IMG/VR virus record: IMGVR_UViG_3300025138_000035
Span: 622-64,621 of that record
Strand: one strand, 5' to 3'
Source: a virus
DNA: 64,000 nt
Shown here: piece by piece, positions 19,353 through 29,600 of the stretch
Layout: each line of letters opens with the position of its first letter
Numbering within the stretch: position 1 is the stretch's first letter
Notes under the pieces: model-generated
Seen by the model: only the letters and a program-made list of their open reading frames with translations
Databases searched by the model: none
Told to the model about the DNA's origin: nothing
Made by a program: the position numbers and the translations under genes

Positions 19353-19514
19353 ATGCTCGATGAGTTCTATTATCTAAGTAAACATGTTAATATGTCTTAC
19401 TCAGACCTACAATTAATGCCCACCTTTGAGAGAAAGTTTTTTATTGATAAACTTTCAACAGAATTTCAAGAAAAAAACGAACAGATAGAAAAACAACGAC
19501 AGAAATCTAGATAA
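19353..19514 (+). CDS. Short tail assembly chaperone-associated ORF; possibly the +1 frameshift extension of the upstream gene
   Basis: MLDEFYYL...MPTFERKFFI; the frame is open back through the last codons of the upstream gene (from 19308). Confidence 0.65.
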   Translation: MLDEFYYLSKHVNMSYSDLQLMPTFERKFFIDKLSTEFQEKNEQIEKQRQKSR

Positions 19515-19542
19515 ACGATATTTATAATAAAAGATATTTCAT

Positions 19543-21489
19543 ATGTTTATGTTTAAAGATGAGAAAATGGAAGAGGTAACGGGTAATATTGCCAGTAATA
19601 TTAAATTAGCCAATATTTCTCTTCTTACTTTTACTAAAAGTCTTAAAAGTAGTTTAACCGATATAACAGGAGTGATTAACTCCGTTGCGAGTTATAATAC
19701 CTTAGCGGCGAATACCGCTAGAGAGACTATGGGGTCCACAAGGGTTGTTGGTGACGCGATACAAAGGGCGTCCGCCGCCGCCGCAGAAAATACTTTATTA
19801 GTCGGAAAAGGTGTTGAAGATAATATTAAATTATATGGAGCACTAAATGCGTCCATGATGAGATTAACATTTTTCTCTGACAAACAAATTGAGGCGTTTC
19901 AAGTCTTAGGTTTTACTGCTAATATGTCTGCCGCGGAATTGGCTACTATGGCAACTTCATTTGATACATTAGGTTATACGACCGACAAAACATTGGAAAC
20001 GATGGGGGGTATGACAAAACAAGCGAGGTCATATGGTTTAAATGTCTCAGAATTTATGGGTGGTGTTAACAAAAATTTAAAGTTAATGACATCATATAAT
20101 TTTAAAGATGGGGTAGACGGTCTTTCTAATATGGTAGCCCAAGCTCAAGCCTTAAGGATTGATATGGGTACAACCGTTAGTTTAGCCGATAAATTAATGT
20201 CTCCTGAAGCAGCTATTGAGACCGCGGCAGGGTTCCAAATGTTAGGTGGGGCAATTGGTAAACTAGGGGACCCATTCCAATTACTCCACATGGCCCAAAC
20301 GGACATGGAAGGGCTACAAGATAGTCTTGTTCAAATGTCTGCGGCTGCGGTAGTATTTAACGAAGATACAGGAGAATTTGATTTACCTGTTACTGAAATG
20401 TATCGTCTTAGAGAGGCTGCTGATTTAGCGGGAATGGGATACCAAGAGATGACCGAAATGGCTATGATGGCGGCTCAAAAGAATAAGAAATTAGATATAT
20501 TAGGTAGTATTAGTGGTCTAGATAACGACCAAAAAGAATTAATTTCTAATCTTGGTAAGATTAATAAAGACGGTAATATTGATATTACTATGCCTGATGG
20601 AACACTTAGACAAATTGGTCAAGGTTTCAATGATATGACAGCCAATGATTACACTGCATTAGAAAAAGTTGTAGCTAAAGATGCGTTGAATGAACTCGAT
20701 GTCGCTAAAAAATCGATGGGTTATCTTAATGAAATAGCGGCGGCTCAATCGGTTCTAACACAAATGACTAGACTACAATTAGCACAAGGTGACGGTTTTA
20801 CAAATGTGGCGGAAGGTTTAGTAAAGTCTAGTACCAATGTAATTGACTCCCTTAAAGGTGAAAACGATAAAGGTGAAAGAGGTAAAGGAAATCGAGTACA
20901 AGAAACCTTTCAAATACCTGATAAAGTTGTCGAAGCATTTTCTTTGGGATTAAGTCAATTAAAAGTAAGTGAAGAACAGGCCGATGAATTTGCGAATTCG
21001 GCATATGAATTCCTTGACAAAGCATACCAGGCGGCGGCTTTAAAATTTGGAGAATTTGATTTTCAGAAGGAAGTTATAGATAAACTTAAAGGTCTTTTTC
21101 AGGAATCAAGCGCGATAATGTTTGACCGTTCAAACGATACTGAGGCCCAACCTGTTACGGGTGAGAATAATTCAAATGAGACAAATGAAGATGGGGAAGG
21201 GGCAACACCTTACCAAAGAGATAATTTCTCTGTGAATAATTTAAATACTTCAAGTCTTAACATTAATGAACCAACTACAAGTACTATTGCATCCAATTCT
21301 AACCTTAATGTTAGTGGTCAAGTTAATTTAACCGTTGATAATATGCCAACTACTTCGGTTATGACTAAAGAACAATTTGCAACGTACTTAACCAATAATC
21401 CAGACGCAATGGCAGCAATCAGTTCTCAACTACTTAATAAAACGGGAGCGTACGGTGGTTCAGTGGCCGGAGTACAAAGTATGGTATAA
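19543..21489 (+). CDS. Tape measure protein
   Basis: Ala/Met/Gly-rich helical 648 aa directly after the chaperone genes; TATTTATA at 19519-19526. Confidence 0.7.
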   Translation: MFMFKDEKMEEVTGNIASNIKLANISLLTFTKSLKSSLTDITGVINSVASYNTLAANTARETMGSTRVVGDAIQRASAAAAENTLLVGKGVEDNIKLYGALNASMMRLTFFSDKQIEAFQVLGFTANMSAAELATMATSFDTLGYTTDKTLETMGGMTKQARSYGLNVSEFMGGVNKNLKLMTSYNFKDGVDGLSNMVAQAQALRIDMGTTVSLADKLMSPEAAIETAAGFQMLGGAIGKLGDPFQLLHMAQTDMEGLQDSLVQMSAAAVVFNEDTGEFDLPVTEMYRLREAADLAGMGYQEMTEMAMMAAQKNKKLDILGSISGLDNDQKELISNLGKINKDGNIDITMPDGTLRQIGQGFNDMTANDYTALEKVVAKDALNELDVAKKSMGYLNEIAAAQSVLTQMTRLQLAQGDGFTNVAEGLVKSSTNVIDSLKGENDKGERGKGNRVQETFQIPDKVVEAFSLGLSQLKVSEEQADEFANSAYEFLDKAYQAAALKFGEFDFQKEVIDKLKGLFQESSAIMFDRSNDTEAQPVTGENNSNETNEDGEGATPYQRDNFSVNNLNTSSLNINEPTTSTIASNSNLNVSGQVNLTVDNMPTTSVMTKEQFATYLTNNPDAMAAISSQLLNKTGAYGGSVAGVQSMV

Positions 21490-21576
21490 TATTGATAGGG
21501 GTATCTTTGTATAAATCTATTCTTTTAGTTTACACAAAATTATGTTACCATCTATTTATCTAAAAAGAATATATAG

Positions 21577-24500
21577 ATGTCATTAAGTCCATTATCATTT
21601 GATTCTACTGAAAATTTTAGAAAAAAATTATTAGTAAAAAATCTACAACCATATAATAGTGATGGTTTTACTCCTGCATCACAACCAGGGCAGAGTGAAG
21701 TTATTATAAATGATATTGGTGTTATTGACTCTCAAGAGGTAGAAGTGATTGGTTCTGATGAAGGAAACTATGCTTATGTTAAGAATCAATACGGGCCTGA
21801 AGGTGGTTTTGGAGAACCAAAATCTATTGATGATGTTACGTTTATAAATTCAGTTACAAGTTTTAGTAACACTTTAAATTTAGATATGAGTCAGGGTATA
21901 CCCGCATTAGTCGGTAAAAGCCCTTACAATACCTTTATCGCTTCATCATATAATCCGTTCACACTACTAACGAGTCAGAACCCACAAGGTAATAACGGGT
22001 CTTTATCTCAGGATTCCGATTTAGCAAGAATAGCTGCGGAATCGCTTAAGACTGAATTTCAATATAGAATCGCCGAAGAAACGTTTCAACAAACAATAGG
22101 AAGGGTAAACGCAATAGATGCATTATCTGACCCATTTGATTTACTAGGTATTATTACCGGTAATAAGTCTGTAATTGAAAGGGATTGGAAAATTTCAGTA
22201 CCTAAAAGTTTAATCGGAAAAGGTTTAGATTTCATCAGTAGAGTAAGTGGAATCTACTCTCCGTATTCATGGATACCTGGTGACTATTTTAGTGCCGAAC
22301 CAAAACAAATGTATTTAAATCAAATCGCCAATAAAATTACTGGTTTTTTTGATAAGAGAGGGGTTCTAAAATTACCCACTGAAAAAACAGGGATGCAAAT
22401 TTTCTTGGATAATACTGGTGGAGGACAACGCTCAAGACTTTTTCACGGACTTAGATTAAACCGATATATACCCGATTATAATCGAAATTTCTTAACTGAC
22501 TTATTTACAAAGGTACCAAAACAAAATTATTATGTAGGTAGTTCACAACAAGAAATGAGGGACATTGTTGCCCCCGCTGAATCACTACCATTAGACCAAG
22601 ACGGTAATAAAACTCAGGTACCCGTTTATGGGTACGATGAGATTGCTAAAATATATGAAAACGAAAAGAGGGATAATATATACCAATTTGGATTAAATCA
22701 GACTTCAACATATGACGGTTCAGGATTACAGGGTGGTTTTACATGGGTTTCACCTAAATATAAAGATAGGGCGGGTCAAAAAGTTGGTAAAGGTGCAGAA
22801 TTTTTTGGTACCATTGATACTGATTGGAACGAACAAGGGGTTCAAAATACTTTCACGGCAACTCAATCGGTAGACGGTACAGGTAATTATGACTTTACAC
22901 CTGGGTCGATATTAGATAACACACAAAAATTAATTAACGCGGCAGATGAGGTCGTGGGAGTTAGAAAACTACAACATGTCGGTAACGCTATTGACCAAGT
23001 ATCAAAAGTATTTCATGATGGTACGAGGGAGTTAACGAAGGGTTCCAGAGTAATCGCATATAAAGATGTTGATGGTGATATTGTGGGACAAGAGTACTGT
23101 CGAGTGTTTACTAAAGATACCCCATATTTTTCTATGGCGGATTTACAAAAAACAGAGGGTATAACAACCGCGAACAGACGTTTTACCTACTCAGTGTTAG
23201 ATAGCACATATAATCTAAATATTGCTCCAATGAGGGGTAATGAGACCACAAACTTAACGGGTAATGATTTTAGTCCTGAAGGAGTTAAAAAATATATGTT
23301 CTCTTTAGAAAACTTGTCTTGGAGAACATCAAGAAAAAAAGGTTTCACATATCAAGACCTACCTCATTGTGAGAGAGGTCCTAATGGTGGTAGAATAATG
23401 TGGTTTCCACCATATGACATGAAAGTTAGCGAAACAAATTCAGCTAATTGGAATACAAATGAATTTTTAGGTCGACCTGAACCAATTTACACATATAATA
23501 ATACAACAAGAAATGGTAATTTAAGTTGGAAGATAGTTGTTGACCACCCGTCAATATTAAATGCTATAGTAGATAAAGAATTGGCTAATCAAAGTAATAA
23601 CAATAAAGTTACAAGTATTGTTGATTCATTCTTTGCTGGTTGTAGAAAATACGACATATATGAATTAGCCTTAAGATATCCACAATTTACTTATAGTGAT
23701 ATCTATGAGATAATTGTTAACTCACCTGTACCTGAAGAGGTTAAGGAAAGTTTTGATACGATAAATGCTGATATTCCCGGAACAGAAGACCCTGCTACGG
23801 TTGAATACGTAGATAAAATAAAAGAATCGACATATGACTTTTCTTATTACTTTGACAATGATATACCTGGACCACCTACTACTTCATCACTAACAACTCA
23901 GGAATCATATCCCGAAACATTATCAAACTATATTGCATTACAATCAGTATATACTGCAACAACAAATAATAAAAATGGGGTTAAAAATTTCTTTGAGACT
24001 AATATATTAACTGGTGAAACAAAAGGTCCTCTTTATCAAACACAAGAGTTTCTTAAAGGAGTGGGTGAAGCTTTAAATGCGGGGTCTACAGTTAAAATCT
24101 TATTAGATGGCTCTGCGTCATCACCAAACACCGCCCCATATAACAAGTCACTATCGAGTAGAAGAATTAGTAGCGTTACTCAATATATGTTACCATTAAC
24201 ACCATTAAACAGTGAAAAAACGTTACAACAATGGAAAGATGATGGTAAACTTATAATTGAAGAATTTACTGGTGGTGAAGAAGTAATCATTAATGGGGTT
24301 GATTGTACCGCTGATTTAACGGGTGTGGATAAAATCTATTCAACACAAGCGATGACCTGTAGACAAGTTTATTTTCATAGTGTTGTAGAAACACCATATC
24401 AAGAAGAAATACAGGTAACTGATGAAGAAAATACTCCAGGTGTACTTGATACTGTAACAGAAACTGTAACACCTGAGAAACCGGTTATGAAACAACCAAC

Positions 24501-26337
24501 AAAAACTGAAAAACAAAAACAAGAGGTTGCGAAGATAATAGTTAGAAAGTTGTTAACTGAATGTGATTACTTTAATTTAGTTAAAGAAAGTTCGCCAATG
24601 GTTTATAACGGAATAAAAGAAAAGTTAAAGTATTTTCAACCAGCATTTCATTCTACCACACCCGAAGGTTTAAATTCAAGACTAACGTTTCTACAACAAT
24701 GTATTAGACCTGGTGATACAATTCCCGTTATTGGCGATGATGGTAGACCAACCGAGTTTAACGCTAAGAATACTTCATTTGGGGCTCCTCCAATATGTAT
24801 ATTAAGGATTGGTGATTTTTATCACACTAAGATAGCCATTAACCAAATATCTATAAGTTATGAGCCATTAACTTTTGATTTGAATCCGGAAGGAATCGGA
24901 GTCCAACCAATGTTAGCGGATATTAATATGTCATTTTTCTTTATAGGTGGTCAAGGATTAAAAGAGCCCGTTAATCGATTACAAAACGCCCTTTCATTTA
25001 ATTACTATGCAAATACTGAAGTTTATGATGATAGGTCTGTTGTTACAGAAGAAAGGGAAGAGTTAAATCAAGAGATATGGGAGTCGATAGAAAGTAACGT
25101 AACGTTTGGTTCTGATAATAGACCAACTAATGAGGACATACCAACTAAAGGGGTTACAATTGGAACAGTTAAAACTGAAGAAATAACAACTTACCCAACA
25201 ACCGATATTAGTACTGCTAGTGGTCAAACTTCTTTTAAAACAATAATGGCGACTGCGGTTGAGGATGTTAAAAATTACGCGAACTCAATTACCGAATCAC
25301 TCACTCAAGTTGCCACAACATATTCTATAGACGGATTAGCGTACTTTACTGATGAAAGAAATTATACTGATGGTAAAACAACGGGGTACTTTACTGATGG
25401 ATTCACTGGTAACACTACCGATACTAATTTATTTGGTAAACCAAAAGAGGACGAGTTACAAAACAAAATAAATAATCTTTTTGATGAAATAATTGATGAT
25501 GTAAACACGGATAACTCACCACTTCTAAAAAAAATACAAAATAAAAATTTCACAAACGCAGATATAGATTTATATAAATTTAATATAATCACTTTGATTA
25601 ATGAAGTTAAAACAAACTATATATCGGATTATATGAGTGTTATGCCAAAAGTTGTAAATAATCAACTAAGCCTAATCAATACCATAGATAAAGTAAGTTT
25701 TGTGATGACTAATACGGATGGGTTTGCGGATAAGGCAAGAAATGTACAACAAGAATTGGAAGCCACTGATAATGTTGACAAAACCTCTAAAAACGCAAAT
25801 AACACTTACGAGGAAATAGAAAATGATATGGTGACTTTAAGTACTGACTTACAGGAATTTTATGACCAAATATTTGATGATAATAAACAATTAGTGGAAA
25901 AACCATTTAAACCCGATTATTCATTTTCAATAGAATATCAAGATGAGGGGTTATATTATTCTCGATTTATGAATGCTATGTATCAAAAAATACTAAACGA
26001 TAAGGACAATGTAATATTAAAATTACTAAATGATAGGTTAAGTGGTATTAATAAGTGGGACAGATACGTCAATAATATCGTAGATGACTTACAAAGGGAC
26101 TATGAAAAAGTACAAAGAAAAACTGAAAGAGAGTTAGATAGATTTAGTAAACGTAGCTCAGTTAGGAAGTTTAACGACTATTCACCATTTACTAAAGAAA
26201 AAGAAAGAATATTTTATTATGTAAACGTACCTAAAGATAGTATCAATTCAATTAAAGATGGGTACTTTAACGACTTATATTCTGGATTAAACACGGGGGG
26301 TAACAACTCATATAACGGAAAAATAACATTTAATTAA
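21577..26337 (+). CDS. Baseplate tube-initiator/hub protein with internal OmpA-like domain
   Basis: Two gp48/gp54-like segments (WFPPYD...FLGRPEPIYTY; PPICILRIGDFY...QPMLADINMSF) flank LLDGSAS...YNKSLSSRRISSV. Confidence 0.6.
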   Translation: MSLSPLSFDSTENFRKKLLVKNLQPYNSDGFTPASQPGQSEVIINDIGVIDSQEVEVIGSDEGNYAYVKNQYGPEGGFGEPKSIDDVTFINSVTSFSNTLNLDMSQGIPALVGKSPYNTFIASSYNPFTLLTSQNPQGNNGSLSQDSDLARIAAESLKTEFQYRIAEETFQQTIGRVNAIDALSDPFDLLGIITGNKSVIERDWKISVPKSLIGKGLDFISRVSGIYSPYSWIPGDYFSAEPKQMYLNQIANKITGFFDKRGVLKLPTEKTGMQIFLDNTGGGQRSRLFHGLRLNRYIPDYNRNFLTDLFTKVPKQNYYVGSSQQEMRDIVAPAESLPLDQDGNKTQVPVYGYDEIAKIYENEKRDNIYQFGLNQTSTYDGSGLQGGFTWVSPKYKDRAGQKVGKGAEFFGTIDTDWNEQGVQNTFTATQSVDGTGNYDFTPGSILDNTQKLINAADEVVGVRKLQHVGNAIDQVSKVFHDGTRELTKGSRVIAYKDVDGDIVGQEYCRVFTKDTPYFSMADLQKTEGITTANRRFTYSVLDSTYNLNIAPMRGNETTNLTGNDFSPEGVKKYMFSLENLSWRTSRKKGFTYQDLPHCERGPNGGRIMWFPPYDMKVSETNSANWNTNEFLGRPEPIYTYNNTTRNGNLSWKIVVDHPSILNAIVDKELANQSNNNKVTSIVDSFFAGCRKYDIYELALRYPQFTYSDIYEIIVNSPVPEEVKESFDTINADIPGTEDPATVEYVDKIKESTYDFSYYFDNDIPGPPTTSSLTTQESYPETLSNYIALQSVYTATTNNKNGVKNFFETNILTGETKGPLYQTQEFLKGVGEALNAGSTVKILLDGSASSPNTAPYNKSLSSRRISSVTQYMLPLTPLNSEKTLQQWKDDGKLIIEEFTGGEEVIINGVDCTADLTGVDKIYSTQAMTCRQVYFHSVVETPYQEEIQVTDEENTPGVLDTVTETVTPEKPVMKQPTKTEKQKQEVAKIIVRKLLTECDYFNLVKESSPMVYNGIKEKLKYFQPAFHSTTPEGLNSRLTFLQQCIRPGDTIPVIGDDGRPTEFNAKNTSFGAPPICILRIGDFYHTKIAINQISISYEPLTFDLNPEGIGVQPMLADINMSFFFIGGQGLKEPVNRLQNALSFNYYANTEVYDDRSVVTEEREELNQEIWESIESNVTFGSDNRPTNEDIPTKGVTIGTVKTEEITTYPTTDISTASGQTSFKTIMATAVEDVKNYANSITESLTQVATTYSIDGLAYFTDERNYTDGKTTGYFTDGFTGNTTDTNLFGKPKEDELQNKINNLFDEIIDDVNTDNSPLLKKIQNKNFTNADIDLYKFNIITLINEVKTNYISDYMSVMPKVVNNQLSLINTIDKVSFVMTNTDGFADKARNVQQELEATDNVDKTSKNANNTYEEIENDMVTLSTDLQEFYDQIFDDNKQLVEKPFKPDYSFSIEYQDEGLYYSRFMNAMYQKILNDKDNVILKLLNDRLSGINKWDRYVNNIVDDLQRDYEKVQRKTERELDRFSKRSSVRKFNDYSPFTKEKERIFYYVNVPKDSINSIKDGYFNDLYSGLNTGGNNSYNGKITFN

Positions 26338-26339
26338 TT

Positions 26340-26657
26340 ATGAGATATTGGAATAGATACACCGACTTTTTAGTTAATGGACAACAATCGGTTGTTCCGT
26401 TTGTTAGAATACCCTCAAAACCTTCAGATAAGAGATTTATCTTTAGAACTGGTCGTAGTCGGTTAGATAAATTAAGTTTTGAGTTTTACGAATCACCATA
26501 TTTTGGTTGGTTAATATTGGCCGCAAATCCACAGTATGGTGGTTTAGAATCTAATATACCCGATAATGCACTACTTTTTATACCATTTCCCTTAACAAAT
26601 TCTTTGCAGGATTACAAAGCGGCAGTGGAACAACATTTCTTCTACTATGGCAGATAA
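26340..26657 (+). CDS. LysM-like baseplate wedge protein (gp53/P2 gpX-like)
   Basis: RLDKLSFEFY.SP..GWLILAANP...IP...LLFIP. Confidence 0.75.
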   Translation: MRYWNRYTDFLVNGQQSVVPFVRIPSKPSDKRFIFRTGRSRLDKLSFEFYESPYFGWLILAANPQYGGLESNIPDNALLFIPFPLTNSLQDYKAAVEQHFFYYGR

Positions 26658-29600
26658 TAAATTTTTCGGTAATGATAAGGTTTATGTTCAAACTGAATAT
26701 GATAATGTTGTTGTAATTGACCCTAATAAAGTAGTCAATTCTGATGGTACAGTAGAGGAGCGCAATGTTAAACAAGAAAACCTTATTACTTACGCTAATT
26801 TAGAGGCTAGAGTTATTCCAAGAACGAAACTGGCTATCGGTTCTAATTATGGTGATAGCGTTAAAAATGTGGGTGTGGCTCAATTAAAGGTTAACTTTAT
26901 GGAAGGTAACCCACAAAATCAAAAAGAACCTAATGTTAATTTAGGGGGTAAAGAATCCGAAGACCCAAAATATTTTGATTCGTCATGGACCGACCAATTT
27001 TTACCTGGACAAAATAACATGGGTGAAAACGATATTTTTAGTTCAGGAAGAGGTGTCGACACTCAACTATTAGGTATTACTCGAATTAATATTAAGATGA
27101 ATCCGGCTTTTGTTCCGACAGTTACTATTGAAATGACAGACGTACAAGGGAGAGTTTTATTTGAAAGAGGTGATAAATCACCATATTCTATATTCATGAA
27201 CTTACCTTACCCAATTTTTATATTAACGGTAAAAGGTTATTACGGAAAGGCGATTAAGTTAGAGTTAATGTTAAAAGATTTTAACGCTCAATTTGACCCT
27301 TCAGATGGTAGTTATAGAATTACCACATCATACGTTGCTAGGTCACATGCATTTTTAAAAGATACTTTATTAGATTACTTATATACCACACCACACATGT
27401 ACCCAAAAAGTTATGAACTTGAAAATGTTAAAGGTATACCTGTTGGTGGGACAGTGGCGATTGATAAGATAGAAACCACTAAAGGGATGGAAAAAATTAA
27501 AGAAGTTTATTCCTTATATAAAGCTAAAGGACTTATTTCTGAAGACTTTCCTGAGATAACTCTAAATCAAATGAGAATGCGATTAGAGTATTTTAATCGA
27601 TATGTTATGGAGGCTTATTCAAAAGAAGATATGTCGGTATTAAATGATGTGGTTAGATATGAGTCGGCGATTACTAAGTATAGACGTAGTTTTTATCCCG
27701 CGGTTGGTGAAAACTTTTTTAGCCAATATATTGACGAAGGAGATATATACGTTTTAAATAACACTAAAGCAAGTGTTTTATATGGATTAAAAAAAGAACT
27801 TAACGAACAAGGACGTAGAGCCGCCATATCCAAATTAATGGTAGGTATTGATGAGGGTAATAAGTCACTGACCGATAACCCAACATTTTATAATCCTGGT
27901 AATTATGTGATTGATGGGTTAACCCGACCTTCAAAAATTTCTGTTAATATCAAGGCTAATGATTTGATTAGAGAAGATATTAATCCAGAAACGATAGATT
28001 ACAAGGCAACATATATCGTACGAAACAGAGGTACTGAACCTACAGATAAAGATTTGGCCGAATTCGAATCGAAAATTAAAACGGAATTTGAGGTTTCATC
28101 TAAAACTTTTAAAGTTGGAGATGATGGTGAATTACAGGAAGCCAATAAGAAGGTACTCATTACGTTTGGTAGTGTTTTTAAAGACGCTAATTTTGAAAAC
28201 GGTAGTTTTTTGGCTAAATTAGGTAAGATTGAAACGACATTTAAGTCTAAGAGAGAGGCTATTGAAGTACAACTATCTGAAGCGTTAGCTAAAAAAGTGA
28301 TAAGTTCGGATGTTGGGTTAGGATTTAACCCAACCATGAATAATGTTTTGGCGGTAATATGTGCAAACTCGGAAGCGTTTTATCGATTAATGGATGAAAC
28401 TCATACTCGGGCTTGGGACGTAAGAGACAATCCAGTTAGATTAACCGCAATTATGCCTCCCGAAAAATCTTTTGGAGTTGACGTAGCCAAACAATCATTA
28501 AAAACTGTAAAAGTTGAAGGTAAGGCGGATACTTTACAAAATAGTCAGATAGTGTATCCGTGGCCACAATATTTTATTGAAGAGACGGAAGAAGGTAAAG
28601 ACGCTAAATATACCCTAACTTATCCTGGAGACCCTTCAGTTATTAATACAATACAAGGATGGGATTACAATCTGTGGCCAGAAATACAATTTACTGAAGA
28701 ATATATAACTTCTTCCTTAGAAAAGGACAAACCAAATATTAATATAAATTATGGTAATGAGACTCAAGTTTCTAAATACATTGGAATAAACTCTGTGGAA
28801 TTCCCATTTAATGAAATACCATATACTAACGAAGAAATGGTTTCATTTTTTTATGAAATGTATGAAAGAACTTATTTAGGTGCAAATTATAGTAAAGTTG
28901 TAAGAAATAATAATTTTAGAAAAACACTTTATACTGTATTAGCTGATTTTGAATCAACAAATATTAAAGAAGGGGTAGACAATATTCCTGAACTAATGAA
29001 GTTATTAAAGAAATTTCAATTTAATGCGTCAACATTTAATCAATATTTATTGTCGATTTCCAATAACGGTGAGGGTAGTTATTTCGCTAGAAAATCGAGA
29101 GATATATATACTCAAAACTATATAAAGGGTTATGTTGATATAGATTTTGGTATCTATAGTCAAGAAAGTATGAATACTAATTCTGTAGAGATTATATCAT
29201 CAACGGAGTCAGTAAAAGATTTAGAAACTTATATTACGGGAACGTCATCAAATGCAACTACGTTAATGGATGTGTACCCATTTAATAATCTTAAATGGTT
29301 AAAGGAAAATATTTCTAACGGTAATGATATATCAAATATTGATAGGGCTAATAGTACTACTGATGTTATGAACTTTAATATCCTTAAAAAGACTATCGCA
29401 ACATTTGACGACCAATCATCCGAAGATATGAGATATAAAAATAATTTTATCACTTATTTCCAATACGAGAAGAACTACCCATCAAATCCAAATCAAAATA
29501 TTAGTAATAATAGTGATAGTACGCAGTATCAAACAAATGCTCAGGCTAAAGATTATTATTTAAACAGAGAAAATAAAGATTTTTATTTAACAGAAAGCCC

